DNA from: a bacterium
GTDB lineage: Bacteria > RBG-13-61-14 > DATKZS01
Length of the DNA: 64,000 nt
Reading direction: 5' to 3'
NCBI GenBank assembly: GCA_963674965.2
Contig: CAXXFL010000001.1
Location: forward strand, 1,536,001 to 1,600,000
Numbering within the stretch: the first letter of the stretch is position 1; each line of letters opens with the position of its first letter. Both the position numbers and the translations under genes were made by a program. The notes under the pieces were generated by a model, which saw only the letters and a list, made by a program, of their open reading frames with translations, did no database searches and was not told the origin of the DNA. This document shows, one piece after another, positions 20,426-30,900 of this stretch.

Positions 20426-21226
20426 ATGGCGTTCGATTGTTTTCGGGGGGCCTTTTTCTTATTATCTTATTATCGAGAATTTACCTTGAGACTTAAATAC
20501 CAATTGGCCATCGCCCTTTCGGCGACCGCTGTAATACTTTGCCTTTGCATGTGGCACATCCTGAACGTCAAGGAGCCCATGACCTTTTTCGATTACTTCG
20601 TGCTGGATATTGCCACAATTCCCGTTCAGGTGATACTGGTGGGCGTCATCATCGAGCGTCTTTTACACGAGCGGGAAAAGAGGGCCATGATCAAGAAGCT
20701 CAACATGGTGGTGGGCGCCTTTTTTTCCGATACAGGCTACGAGCTTCTGCGGAGGATATCCTCTTTTTGTCCCGAGACCCCGGAGTTTTACGAGAAACTG
20801 GCCCTGGGTCTCGACTGGAAGGAAAAGGATTTCCGGGAGGCCTTAAAAACCTGCCAGGCCAGGAAGTCCAAGCCGGAGGCCTCGGCCGAGGACCTGGAGG
20901 GCCTGAAAGTTTTCATGGCCGAGAAGATGACCTTTATCCTTCGCCTGCTCCAGAACCCGAACCTTCTGGAGCACGACCGGTTCACCGATCTTTTGTGGGC
21001 CGTGACTCACATGACCGAGGAACTCATGGCGAGGGACGATCTTCTCCATGCTCCCCCGTCCGACCTGTCCCATTTATCTGGCGACGTCTCCCGGGCATAC
21101 ACGCTGCTAATCCGTGAGTGGCTCTCTTACATGAGACACCTTAAGACGGAGTACCCCTATATCTATTCTTTGTCCGTTCGGACCAATCCCTTTAAGAAGG
21201 ACGCCAGGGCCGCTATCGAGGAATAA
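20426..21226 (+). CDS. Conserved hypothetical membrane protein
   Basis: Two N-terminal TM helices then KLNMVVGAFFS, LLQNPNLLEH and YPY.YSL..RTNPF blocks; start uncertain. Confidence 0.7.
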   Translation: MAFDCFRGAFFLLSYYREFTLRLKYQLAIALSATAVILCLCMWHILNVKEPMTFFDYFVLDIATIPVQVILVGVIIERLLHEREKRAMIKKLNMVVGAFFSDTGYELLRRISSFCPETPEFYEKLALGLDWKEKDFREALKTCQARKSKPEASAEDLEGLKVFMAEKMTFILRLLQNPNLLEHDRFTDLLWAVTHMTEELMARDDLLHAPPSDLSHLSGDVSRAYTLLIREWLSYMRHLKTEYPYIYSLSVRTNPFKKDARAAIEE

Positions 21227-21335
21227 GCCGGACTTGTTAGGACTCTCGTCCTCATGCTAATCTTGGATAGTAACTTCCGGACCCGGGGCAGCCGGAAGCT
21301 TTCAATCACCATCTATATCAAAGGAGACGGTATTA

Positions 21336-22250
21336 ATGGAAGGCGGCGTTCTGACCGATTATATAATACCTTCTTGCCTGGCCCTGATGATGGTCGGCTT
21401 GGGCATGACCCTGACGATCGATGATTTCAAGCGCGTGGCCGTCTACCCGAAAGCGACGGCCTTGGGCGTGGTCTTTCAGATAATCTGCCTGCCCCTGGTC
21501 GGGTTCGCCCTGGCGTCCGTTTTCCCGCTTACGCAGGAGTTGGCCGTGGGGGTGATGCTCCTGGCAGCCTGCCCCGGGGGAGTGGCCTCGAACATCATTA
21601 CCCACCTGGCCAAGGGAGACACGGCCCTGGCCGTGACCCTGACCATCATCAGCAGCGCCATATCGCTTATCACCATCCCGCTTATCGTCAGCCTCAGCCT
21701 TACTCGCTTTATGGGAGTTAACTCGGAGGTTTCCCTTCCCATCCTGGACACCATCCTCAAGGTTTTCGCCCTGACCGTTCCCACGGTGATCACGGGCATG
21801 ATCATCAAGGCCAAGGCCGAGAACTTCGCCGCGAAAACGGAGCGGATAGTTAATCTGGGCGGCCTTTTTTTCCTGATCTTCCTGATCGTGGGCGTCGCCA
21901 TAAGCGAAAGGGAGACCATATTCGGAGAGGCGCTCAACGTGGGTCCCGTGACGCTGACCCTTTGCGTCCTTACCACCATCCTTTCCTACCTGGGAGCGAG
22001 GGCCTTTTCCATCTCCGTCGCGGGGAGCGTCTCGGTGGCCATCTGCACGGGCTTCCAGAACAGCGCCCTGGCCCTGGTGATCGCAACCAGCTTCCTCAAA
22101 AACGCCCAGATAGCCATAGCCCCAGCCGTTTACACGGTGGTCATGTACGCGACGGCCGGGGCCATCGTGGGTTATATGAACTTGAGAGGGCCCTTGGAAG
22201 ACCGGGATGATGAGCCTTCCGTCCTGGACGTGGAGTTGGATGAGGGGTAA
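21336..22250 (+). CDS. Bile acid:sodium symporter (BASS) family transporter
   Basis: MVGLGMTL, ACPGGVASN and GFQNSAL motifs; AAGGAG RBS. Confidence 0.92.
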   Translation: MEGGVLTDYIIPSCLALMMVGLGMTLTIDDFKRVAVYPKATALGVVFQIICLPLVGFALASVFPLTQELAVGVMLLAACPGGVASNIITHLAKGDTALAVTLTIISSAISLITIPLIVSLSLTRFMGVNSEVSLPILDTILKVFALTVPTVITGMIIKAKAENFAAKTERIVNLGGLFFLIFLIVGVAISERETIFGEALNVGPVTLTLCVLTTILSYLGARAFSISVAGSVSVAICTGFQNSALALVIATSFLKNAQIAIAPAVYTVVMYATAGAIVGYMNLRGPLEDRDDEPSVLDVELDEG

Positions 22251-22277
22251 GGAGGGCCGAGCGCCGCCCGCCCGCGA

Positions 22278-23357
22278 TCACTTTTTGTAGAACTTGTCCT
22301 TTTTGCCGACCACGCCCAGACCCGGCATTTCGATTTTTCTTTCCGGGTCGCTCACGGCCTTTCCGATGGTCCAGGACTCGAGTCCGTGCTCCTTGAAGAT
22401 CGATGCCACCTTGTCCGCCTCGCCGGGAGCGCACACCACGCACATGCCCACGCCGAGGTTATAAGTGTTGGCCATCTCAGCGTTGGATACTCCGCCTTCT
22501 TTCTGGATCAGCTTAAAAATTGCCGGCCACTCGGGCATGTCGTCCAGCACGAAGCCCACCTTGGAGCGGACCCGCTGGAGGTTCCTGAAGCCCTCGCCCG
22601 TTATATGGATCAGGGCCTTGACCGTCTTGGTTTTTTTCAGGATTTCCAGCACGGGTTTTACGTAGATCACGGTGGGCTCGAGAAGGGCCTCGCCCGCGGT
22701 GACGCCAAGCTCATCCACGCGCTCGTCCACTTTCCACTTGCCGAGTATGACCTTGCGGGCCAGGGTGTAGCCGTTCGAGTGGAGGCCCGAGCTGGACGCG
22801 CCCACCACCACGTCTCCGGCCAGAATGTTCTCGCCCACGATCATGTCGCAAAGGCTGACCACGCCGAAGGCCGTGCCCACCAGGTCGAAGCCCTTGCCCG
22901 GGCGCGTTCCCTTGATCATCTCCCGAAGCTGGGCCACCTCGCCCGCCGGGATGGATATGCCCGCCTGGAGCGCGCCATCGTAAAGGCCCTTGCCGATCTC
23001 GCCCAATATGGGGCCCTCGGCGTCCTCGACCGCGATATAATCGAGCATGGCCAGGGGCTTGGCCCCCACGCAAATAAGGTCGTTCACGTTCATGGCCACG
23101 CAGTCGATGCCCACCGTGTCGTAGCGGCCCATCATCTCCGCCACCAGGAGCTTGGTCCCCACCCCGTCCGTGCTCATGGCTATGCCCAGGCCGTGGCCCA
23201 CGTCGATCACGGTGGCGTAAAGGCCGACCTCGGCCACTACCTCGGGATGGCCCTCCATGCTTTTGTTCACCCAGTGGAGAAGGGTCTTGAAGGACCCCTC
23301 CTCGCCGATGCTGATCACGCCCGAGTCCTTATATGTCATTCCCTTGTCGTCGCTCAT
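22278..23357 (-). CDS. purM: Phosphoribosylformylglycinamidine cyclo-ligase (AIR synthetase)
   Basis: TYKDSGV, TDGVGTK, GIDCVAMNVND, SSGLHSNGYTL and HITG motifs. Confidence 0.95.
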   Translation of the reverse strand: MSDDKGMTYKDSGVISIGEEGSFKTLLHWVNKSMEGHPEVVAEVGLYATVIDVGHGLGIAMSTDGVGTKLLVAEMMGRYDTVGIDCVAMNVNDLICVGAKPLAMLDYIAVEDAEGPILGEIGKGLYDGALQAGISIPAGEVAQLREMIKGTRPGKGFDLVGTAFGVVSLCDMIVGENILAGDVVVGASSSGLHSNGYTLARKVILGKWKVDERVDELGVTAGEALLEPTVIYVKPVLEILKKTKTVKALIHITGEGFRNLQRVRSKVGFVLDDMPEWPAIFKLIQKEGGVSNAEMANTYNLGVGMCVVCAPGEADKVASIFKEHGLESWTIGKAVSDPERKIEMPGLGVVGKKDKFYKK

Positions 23358-23470
23358 GTAAATCCCTCCAGGAAGTCAGGGTACTTGTTGCCTTCCAGGC
23401 GCGGCGAAATCCTTGCCCGCCAACTGCAATGATTATAACCCACGATCCAAAAAGGCCAAGCGCTACCACG

Positions 23471-25177
23471 TCAGCGAGGCTCTTCCGCTTTATATTTGCC
23501 GTAATCGATCTTGAAAATTATCGTTCTTCCCCGCGAGAAGACAGGCTCGAAAACTCCAGGAAGACCGCTCGTGATTTCCAGGAACAACCGGGCAACGCCC
23601 GGGGAGGTCTCGTCGATTAACGCGTGAGTCGCTCCCATTTCCCGTAACGCCGCCATGAACTTCTCGGGTCTCATCTCGGCGGGAAACTGCAAGGCCATGC
23701 CGCCGGAATAATAAGCCACCAAGCGCGGCTTCCTGGCCAGAACCACGGACTCCTTGGGCAGGTTGCCTCCCATCCATATGGACGCGGCGATCAATTTATG
23801 GTTTTTCATGGCGGGCCCGGCCGGGTCGGAGGAGGCCAGCCAGTCGGGATACTGATACCACCTGCCCCAATTAATATCACCGTCCGGGGAACGGCCCGCT
23901 TCTATGGAACTCCCCTCACCCTCGCCGAGGATATCCATGACGATGGTAGTGGTGGGAGCTTTATAAACCAGAGAAAGGTCCGACGCGAAAATAAATAGAT
24001 TAAAAATAAGCGCCGAACCCAGAAGAAAAAACGGCGCCAATCGCGTCCCGCGTGAGCCCGTGATCTCGGCGTCATCATGGCTGGAGGGCAAGGCAGCCGA
24101 AAAAGCAAAAATAATCGCCAAAGGGACAAGGGGAACGAGATATCTTGAATAGTGGCTCTGCCACGCGCAGATGATAAGCATATAGAAAAGAAAGTAACAT
24201 TCCATCGGCCCCCTCTCCCTTGGAAGTCGCCGGGCAAATCCGATGGCGACGGGAATAAGGAAGAGGGCGGCCAGGCCCAGTTTTACCGGCCCAGGAGTGA
24301 GAGACTCGCCCATGTCCAGGATTATTGCCGATGATTCCCGAAAATAAGCCCCGCCTCCCTTTAAGGCGCGTCGAGCCAGGCCGGCAATCCCGAGCGATCC
24401 GGCAAAGGGGTCCGACTCCCGGGCCATGAAAAGCTTTTGCGCGTGAGAGGCGTCAACATCGCCGGCCACTAGTACGTTGCGGACCGACCAGGACCCCGCA
24501 AATAATAAGAACCCGGCAAGCAGCCAAGCGGCCGCCTTGCCCTTGTCCTTGAGACTCATTCCTTTGGCCAGGAAAATGGCCATTATCCCCGCCGAGGGAA
24601 GGGCGAGCGCCACGTGTCGGAATAGAAAGGCCCCTCCCGCCGCCATTCCGGCCAATAGCCATGGACGAGCTTTTATAGGTACATCACGACGGAAAGCGTA
24701 TAGATTCAGGCAAAGCGCGGCCAAGGACATTGCCGTATAGGGAAGGTCCGATAATATTAAATTCGAGAACCGGGCCAGATGGGGCGTTGAAGCCGCAATA
24801 AGAGCCGCCGCCGCGGCCCATCCGGCGGACAAACCCGGCAAGGCCAGGCGCGCCAGGCGATAAGTAAGAATAACCAAGGCGAAAAGCGAGACGATGCCGA
24901 TCCATTTATAATTCCCGGCCTCAAGCGGTCCTCCTCCCGGGGTCATGGCCAGCAGGGCTGGAAGGGCGGGTCCATACTCGGTATGAGGCGGAGCTCCGGG
25001 CTTTTCGATCTCGGCGAAACCATTGCCCTCGGACAGCGCCTCGCCTAAAAGGAGGAACCTGGCCGAATCTCCCGATAGGTCAGCCATATCGTCGGACAAG
25101 AAAAAAAGTGAAAATATAAAGCCGACGGCGAAGGCTGCCGCCAGGATTAAACGATGTATGTTTGGACGACGAATCAT
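23471..25177 (-). CDS. ArnT/PMT-like (GT-C) membrane glycosyltransferase
   Basis: GDSARFLLLG first-loop motif, ILSDLPY, W.VRN, RYLVP; many TM helices. Confidence 0.7.
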   Translation of the reverse strand: MIRRPNIHRLILAAAFAVGFIFSLFFLSDDMADLSGDSARFLLLGEALSEGNGFAEIEKPGAPPHTEYGPALPALLAMTPGGGPLEAGNYKWIGIVSLFALVILTYRLARLALPGLSAGWAAAAALIAASTPHLARFSNLILSDLPYTAMSLAALCLNLYAFRRDVPIKARPWLLAGMAAGGAFLFRHVALALPSAGIMAIFLAKGMSLKDKGKAAAWLLAGFLLFAGSWSVRNVLVAGDVDASHAQKLFMARESDPFAGSLGIAGLARRALKGGGAYFRESSAIILDMGESLTPGPVKLGLAALFLIPVAIGFARRLPRERGPMECYFLFYMLIICAWQSHYSRYLVPLVPLAIIFAFSAALPSSHDDAEITGSRGTRLAPFFLLGSALIFNLFIFASDLSLVYKAPTTTIVMDILGEGEGSSIEAGRSPDGDINWGRWYQYPDWLASSDPAGPAMKNHKLIAASIWMGGNLPKESVVLARKPRLVAYYSGGMALQFPAEMRPEKFMAALREMGATHALIDETSPGVARLFLEITSGLPGVFEPVFSRGRTIIFKIDYGKYKAEEPR

Positions 25178-25489
25178 ATTTTCGGCGCCTTGCGGCTTGC
25201 CCCAACTCGAGCGTTATGATGAAATCTATCAGTGGCTATCTCGCCAGTCAATCTCCGTGGATTTCTTCCGCCCTTTCTTTTGCGCCAATATAGGATTCGG
25301 CGTCAAGACTATGGGCGTGGATTACAAGCCGCGCTATCCGGACGCGTCAATCGTCAAGCAAGGCCCGGGACTCGGCCTGGCCCTTGTTTCGCTTAATGAA
25401 AAATGAATAATTTTAGGTTATCATCCTTAAATAAGATTTCGCCCCTTGGCGTTTAGCTATTAGCTCCCGCGGCGGATATCTTTTAACTA

Positions 25490-27253
25490 GTTTCTGTTGC
25501 ACAACTGCTTAATGGCTTTCATTATGCGGTGCGGAGAGGATATGGACATGCAGATTTTCAGGGCGTCCATAAAGGACGGAAAAGATTTTAACGCTTTCAG
25601 GCGAGTTGAATGCCTGAGCCGGCCCTTTTCTATCCTTTCAAAAAACACCTCTCCTTTTGCTGTTTTTCATTTCCGTTTTTCATTGCCCCCACAGGGGCGC
25701 GCCCGGCGGCGGCTAAGTCAGCAGCGCGAGTTTTCGAAGGTTCCAGGCAAAGAACGAAAGACCCACCCAGGACTTGAAGCTCTCGAAACCTCTCCACAGG
25801 CATCGGCTCAGACCGAAGCCGCGAAGAAGGGCGGAAAGGCCGCCCTCGATCCCGGCCCGGAAGCGAAGAAGCTTCTTGAACCAGCGCTGACGCTCGTGCT
25901 CGATCCGCTCCGAACTCCTTTTGCCGGGCTTGGGAATGGCCAGGCGCTCGATATAATAAGGACCTTCGGTCGCAAGCTTCTCATTGTCCTCATGATAGAA
26001 GCGGCGGTCGCCGGTAAACTCGCGTGGAGCCTTGCCGAACAGGCGGACGTGTTTTTGCAAAATGTCCTCGAAAAGGTCGGCGTCGGAAGGGTTGCCCTCG
26101 CACACTTTATATTGAAGCACAATCCCCGACCTTCCCGTCGCCGCCATCACCTTGTGACCGAACTCGGTCGGGCTCATGGTCTTGCCTCTCCGGATGATAT
26201 CAACGTGCGGCTCGAAAACGGAAACCACCTTCTCTTGCGCGGGAACCTTCTCGCCTTTTATAACCCGCCGCTCGCACTGCTCGACGCACTGCTCAGAAAG
26301 CGGCAGGTAATGATCGAGTTCGCTCTTGATCATGGTTGCCAGGCCCGCATCGCTGAAATAAAGCTCTCCGCCTTTAAGGGCCTCGTCCAGCGCCTCCCGC
26401 GCCGAGCGGGCCATGGCCAAGATTTCCGCCGAAACCTTGAGAAGGTCCCGGTACCAGACCGCCCGTTTCTTCTCGATCCCTTTGCCTTTGCCCATGGCGA
26501 TCTGGTAAGCGCGCTTCTTGGCCCGCCGAGTCCGGTCATGATATTCGAACCCGAGACCCGGCAGCTCCTTCCGCGCTCCTTTCATCAACCGGTCCAATAC
26601 ACGGATGCTGTCAAAAAGAAGCGAAGCGTCGGTCGGATAGTGGATGTTGGCCTCGGCCACCGCGGTGTCAGCGCGGACCGCCTCGCCGTCTTCTACTTTT
26701 TTTTTAATGGCCAGGGCCACGAGCATTTCGTTGATCCGCTCCCAGGTCTCGGGGCGGATGCGTTTTATCGCCCGCTCCAGGCTGCTGAAATGGGGAATGT
26801 CCCGCCCGAAGAACCTGGTGAACTTGCGGAAATTGTAATCGGAACCGAGGCGGTCGCCGAGTTCCCGGTAGGAATAACACTTGAGTTGATAGATGACCGC
26901 GCTCCTAAGGACCTGCTCGACGCTCATCCCCTCGGCGCCGGTCTCCTTGAGTCCGCTTTGGAGATCATCGGCAACAGCTTCCAGAATTTCCTTGGCCTCG
27001 TCGAGCGCTATGCTCATCTTCTCAAGCTCAGTGTCTTGTTTGAAAAGATGGCCCGCTTTCAAAAATTCGTGGTCTTCAATGGTCATTTGCATTTTAATTT
27101 TCGGTCGCATTTTTCGCCCCCTTCACAGCATCCCGGCAAGTCAATCCTTGATTTTTCAAGGAGTTATTGTATCATATCAAGACCAAAAAGGGAAGCGAAA
27201 AATGCTTACAGCACATTGTTTTTATTGGCTTTTTCTAGTTGCGCAACTGGAAC
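25490..27253 (-). mobile_element. Complete insertion sequence (1764 bp), ISNCY/IS5-like DDE type
   Basis: 17-bp imperfect TIRs GTTTCTGTTGCACAACT/AGTTGCGCAACTGGAAC (3 mismatches); 6-bp target duplication TAACTA at 25484-25489 and 27254-27259. Confidence 0.9.
25713..27110 (-). CDS. DDE transposase (ISNCY-like)
   Basis: RADTAV..NIHYPTD, TEFGHK, GDRRF and FRAGIEG motifs. Confidence 0.92.
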   Translation of the reverse strand: MRPKIKMQMTIEDHEFLKAGHLFKQDTELEKMSIALDEAKEILEAVADDLQSGLKETGAEGMSVEQVLRSAVIYQLKCYSYRELGDRLGSDYNFRKFTRFFGRDIPHFSSLERAIKRIRPETWERINEMLVALAIKKKVEDGEAVRADTAVAEANIHYPTDASLLFDSIRVLDRLMKGARKELPGLGFEYHDRTRRAKKRAYQIAMGKGKGIEKKRAVWYRDLLKVSAEILAMARSAREALDEALKGGELYFSDAGLATMIKSELDHYLPLSEQCVEQCERRVIKGEKVPAQEKVVSVFEPHVDIIRRGKTMSPTEFGHKVMAATGRSGIVLQYKVCEGNPSDADLFEDILQKHVRLFGKAPREFTGDRRFYHEDNEKLATEGPYYIERLAIPKPGKRSSERIEHERQRWFKKLLRFRAGIEGGLSALLRGFGLSRCLWRGFESFKSWVGLSFFAWNLRKLALLT

Positions 27254-27308
27254 TAACTAAGTATAAACGCCGATATAAACGGCATATTTCGATAGAGGGA
27301 GGATTTGC

Positions 27309-28097
27309 ATGAATTTTATCAAAGGCCGCGCCAATAGGGCGCCAATCTCGATTTGCCTTGCTTTCCTTGTCTTCTTCGTGGCCGCGTATCCCGCTTTTGC
27401 CGAGGGGGTCAACGACGGCAAGAAGCGGGAGTACGTCATTCGCCAGGTGGACCAGGGCGCGAAGGACGACAACGCTGACCGAAAATTTTTTAACGTAAAC
27501 GAGTTTACCACCTGGGTGGAGGAAACGACCTACGAGGGCCAAAAGGCGTACACCTTTAAAAGGGTGGACAAAACCCTGGAGGGAGACGTCCTGGACTGGA
27601 CCGTAATCATTTCCGCCTCGGACAACTCCATATATAAAGTCGAGCGGACCATAACGACGCGGGAGGGAAAGCGTCTCGAGTCCCGGCAGGAGTATTACTC
27701 GAACCATTTCCATAAGTACGCGGGCAAGAGTTTTCCACCCGTCATGCTTCCCTTCGTCATGCAGTACCTGGACCTGACGGAGGGAGCCTCTCACGAGTGC
27801 AGCTTCGTTTTCAGTCCTGAATGGGACGGCTGGCCCATGTACCTTCACGTGGAGGGCCGGGAAACCATTACCGTGCCCGCGGGGACTTTCGATTGCATCA
27901 AGGTCAGGATCGAGTATAAAAAGGACAACCTGCCCGGCATTTTCAAGTATATTCCCAGCTTCATGGCCAAGCGCCTGATTTCCGATCTTTACATGTGGGT
28001 GGACGCCGATTCCCCCCACGCCATGGTGAAGCTACAGGGAAAGATCGAGGGGTTCGCCTCCCCGGAAAAGGTCCAGGAGCTTACAAAGGTCTACTGA
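27309..28097 (+). CDS. Secreted hypothetical protein (DUF3108-like)
   Basis: Signal peptide ending AFA; GRETITVPAGTFDCIKV motif. Confidence 0.65.
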   Translation: MNFIKGRANRAPISICLAFLVFFVAAYPAFAEGVNDGKKREYVIRQVDQGAKDDNADRKFFNVNEFTTWVEETTYEGQKAYTFKRVDKTLEGDVLDWTVIISASDNSIYKVERTITTREGKRLESRQEYYSNHFHKYAGKSFPPVMLPFVMQYLDLTEGASHECSFVFSPEWDGWPMYLHVEGRETITVPAGTFDCIKVRIEYKKDNLPGIFKYIPSFMAKRLISDLYMWVDADSPHAMVKLQGKIEGFASPEKVQELTKVY

Positions 28098-28105
28098 AGG
28101 GTCTC

Positions 28106-28134
28106 GCCGGCCCGGGCGACGCGGCCGGGCCGGC
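28106..28134. terminator. GC hairpin between convergent genes (possible bidirectional terminator)
   Basis: GCCGGCCCGG/CCGGGCCGGC perfect 10-bp stem. Confidence 0.5.
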
Positions 28135-28143
28135 TTCTAAACG

Positions 28144-28761
28144 TCAGTTTCCCAGTTCCTCGTCCACGATTATCACCGTGGTCTGGGTAAGGACCGGACG
28201 GCGGTGAAGGATGACCTCGGCCCGGCAGATGCGGACCGGAGAGTTGCAGTCCGTGCATTTTCCCGTCTCGGCGCAGGGGGTCTTGGCATCGAGTTCCTTG
28301 GCCCGGATGGGGGCCGCCACCTTCTTGATCCGCTCCCGCGCCGCCTCGAGGTCGGGGGCGATCTTGTTCCTGCCCACGATGAAGACGACCTTGCCCGGCC
28401 CGAAGATGGTGGGAGACACGCGGTTGCCGAACCCGTCCATGTTGACTATCTCGCCGGTCATGGACACGGCGTTGGCCGAGGTCACCACCGCGTCGGCCGT
28501 GATCTGCTTTTTCCTTACCATCATGACCTCACCGGGACTCAGGCCCTCGTCCCAGTGGTCGAGGACCTCGTTGCCCCTTTCCTTCAGCGCCTCGACTACG
28601 CCGATGGCCCGGGCCGAGGCCGAGCCCGGCAGGGAGACGCTTCCTTTTTTCGGAATCTCCTTCAAGGCTATCTCGAGCGCCTCGGCCTTGTCCTTGGCGT
28701 ACTCGGCCTTGAAGCCGTGCTTCTTGAGATTGTCCATCGTCTTCTGGATTACTTCTTCCAT
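28144..28761 (-). CDS. LUD-domain (LutC/YkgG-like) protein
   Basis: SANAVSMTGEIVNMDG.GNRV, GRNKI and TPCAETGKCTDCNSPVRIC. Confidence 0.85.
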   Translation of the reverse strand: MEEVIQKTMDNLKKHGFKAEYAKDKAEALEIALKEIPKKGSVSLPGSASARAIGVVEALKERGNEVLDHWDEGLSPGEVMMVRKKQITADAVVTSANAVSMTGEIVNMDGFGNRVSPTIFGPGKVVFIVGRNKIAPDLEAARERIKKVAAPIRAKELDAKTPCAETGKCTDCNSPVRICRAEVILHRRPVLTQTTVIIVDEELGN

Positions 28762-28890
28762 ACCTGACCCCTCCTTCATCGAGATTACATTTATATATCA
28801 CGCCCGGCCCCGCTTGGGAAGAAGAAAAAAGCCGCCCCGGCCATCTTTAGAAAGGCGGAGCGGCCCCCGTGGCCGGTTTATACCCGCGCG

Positions 28891-30900
28891 TCAATGCTCG
28901 TAGAGCGACTCGATCTCCCGCTTGTACTTGACGTTTATAACGCGGCGCTTGATCTTCTGGGTTGGCGTCAACTCCCCCGTCTCCTCGGCGAAGGGCGCGG
29001 GGAGGAGCCTGTAATATTTTATCTGCTCGTAGCGGGCGAGCTGCTCGTTCACCTTCTTTACCTTCTCGTCGAACATCTCGATCGTCTCGGGCCTGGCGAG
29101 CAGTTCCTCCATGCTCGAGTACTTTATGCCCTTGTCCCTGGCCCATCGCTCGAGCAGCTCGAACTGAGGCACCAAAAGGGCCGAAAGATATTTCCTGGCG
29201 TCTCCTATCACGCAGGCCTGCTCGATCATGGTGTCAAGGGCAAGGAGCATCTCGATGGGATGGGGCGCTATGTTCTTGCCGCCGGCCGTTACGATAAGTT
29301 CCTTTTTTCTGTCCGTGATCCTGAGGAACCCGTCCTCGTCGAACTCTCCTATATCGCCGGTCAGGAAGTAGCCCTCCTCGTTAAAGGCCTCATCCGTCAT
29401 CTCCGGCTTGTTGAAGTATCCCTTTTCCCTTTTGAATATCTGGGGTCCCTTCACCAGTATCTCGCCGTCCTCGGCCAGTTTAATCTCCGTGTTCTTGCAG
29501 GGACGGCCGACCGTTCCCGGCTTTTGCACCAGCCGGTGGACGACGAGGTTGGTGGCCACGAGCAGCTTGAATATGCCCACGGGATGGGCGAAGGGGTTGG
29601 TCCCCTGGCTCTGCATGACGACCATGGTGTCGATCAGGTAATCGAGGGCCTTGGCGTAAAGCCAGTTGTCGGGGATTTTCTCGATGAACTCGAGGCTGTT
29701 CCAGGACACGGCGCTGCAGGTCTCGGTCAGGCCGTAGCCCTCCCCTATCTGGAGGTTCATGGCGCGGAAGAAACGGTTGATTTCCTCGGGAAGGGCCCCG
29801 CCCCCGCTGGTGGCGAAGACCAGCCGGTCCAGGCCCGCCTCTTTTCTGACCTTGTCGTAGACCAGCGTGCCGGCCAGGGCGAACTGGATCGCCAGCCAGG
29901 GAGGAAGACGCTTGCCGCTGGACATGCAGTCCACCACCCTGGCCCCAACCCTGAGGCTCCAGTCCAGGATGGTTTTCCTCGCGCCCGTCATCCTCGAGGA
30001 GGTGACGAGGACCATCTCGTAAACCTTCTCGTAAAGGCGGGGAATGGTGATGAGCATCTGCGGCCGGACCTCGCGGAGGTTCCGGGGCACGGCCTGGTAA
30101 CTTTCGGCGAAATATATCTGGCCGCCCATGGCCATCAGCACGTGATACTCGGCGGTGCGGCCGTAGATATGGCAAAGGGGAAGATGGCAAAGCGATAAGA
30201 GCCTTATGCCTTGCTCGACCATCTTGTTGGTAATGGTCGAGTCAAGAAGCATTTCCGTCTCGGCCATGAAATTCGATTGAGTGAGAATAGCTCCCTTGGG
30301 CTCGCCCGTGGTACCCGAGGTATAGATTATAGCCGCGTCGTCATCTGCTGAAAGGTCCGCCCTTCTCGCCTCGAGCTCGGCCGCGGCCGTCGAGGACGAC
30401 CCGCCTTTTTTCAGGGCGTCGTCATAAGAGATAACCGACTCCCCGGCTTTTTCCTTGAGAGGGAACAGGGCCACTATGCAATCCAGAGCGGGAGCGTCGC
30501 CCTTTACGTCAAGGACCTGCTGGAGGAGTTTCTCGTCCCCCACCATGACCATCCTGGCGCCGCAGTCTTTAAGAATATAGCCAAGCTGCTGGTTGGTGCT
30601 GGTCGGGTAAATGGGCACGCCCAGGCCACCGGCGGCCTGAATGGCCTGGTCCGATATCATCCAGCGGGGACCGTTTTGGGAGAAGATAGCCGCCCTGTCG
30701 CCCTTGCAAAGGCCCAACTCGATAAGGGCCGCGCCCAGGGCCTTGACCTGCCGAGCGGTCTCTTCCCAGGAGATGGACTCGTACTTGTCCGTTTTTACTC
30801 CGTTTGGCTCTTTGCTCCAGAGGAAGGGGTCCCCTTTAAATTTTTCCGCTTGTTTAAAAAACAGTCCGCTCAAGGTCCTTTCGGTCAAGTAAGCGTGCAA
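28891..30900 (-). CDS. Long-chain acyl-CoA synthetase (AMP-binding)
   Basis: YTSGTTGEPKG, GYGLTET, TGDIG, ITDRKKEL and ELTPTQKIKR; TTG start with AAGGAGG RBS. Confidence 0.92.
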   Translation of the reverse strand: MHAYLTERTLSGLFFKQAEKFKGDPFLWSKEPNGVKTDKYESISWEETARQVKALGAALIELGLCKGDRAAIFSQNGPRWMISDQAIQAAGGLGVPIYPTSTNQQLGYILKDCGARMVMVGDEKLLQQVLDVKGDAPALDCIVALFPLKEKAGESVISYDDALKKGGSSSTAAAELEARRADLSADDDAAIIYTSGTTGEPKGAILTQSNFMAETEMLLDSTITNKMVEQGIRLLSLCHLPLCHIYGRTAEYHVLMAMGGQIYFAESYQAVPRNLREVRPQMLITIPRLYEKVYEMVLVTSSRMTGARKTILDWSLRVGARVVDCMSSGKRLPPWLAIQFALAGTLVYDKVRKEAGLDRLVFATSGGGALPEEINRFFRAMNLQIGEGYGLTETCSAVSWNSLEFIEKIPDNWLYAKALDYLIDTMVVMQSQGTNPFAHPVGIFKLLVATNLVVHRLVQKPGTVGRPCKNTEIKLAEDGEILVKGPQIFKREKGYFNKPEMTDEAFNEEGYFLTGDIGEFDEDGFLRITDRKKELIVTAGGKNIAPHPIEMLLALDTMIEQACVIGDARKYLSALLVPQFELLERWARDKGIKYSSMEELLARPETIEMFDEKVKKVNEQLARYEQIKYYRLLPAPFAEETGELTPTQKIKRRVINVKYKREIESLYEH

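Noticed and set aside
25497-27260. 587-aa ORF antisense to the transposase, spanning nearly the whole IS
   Set aside because: No recognisable motifs; best explained as a shadow ORF of a GC-rich coding strand.
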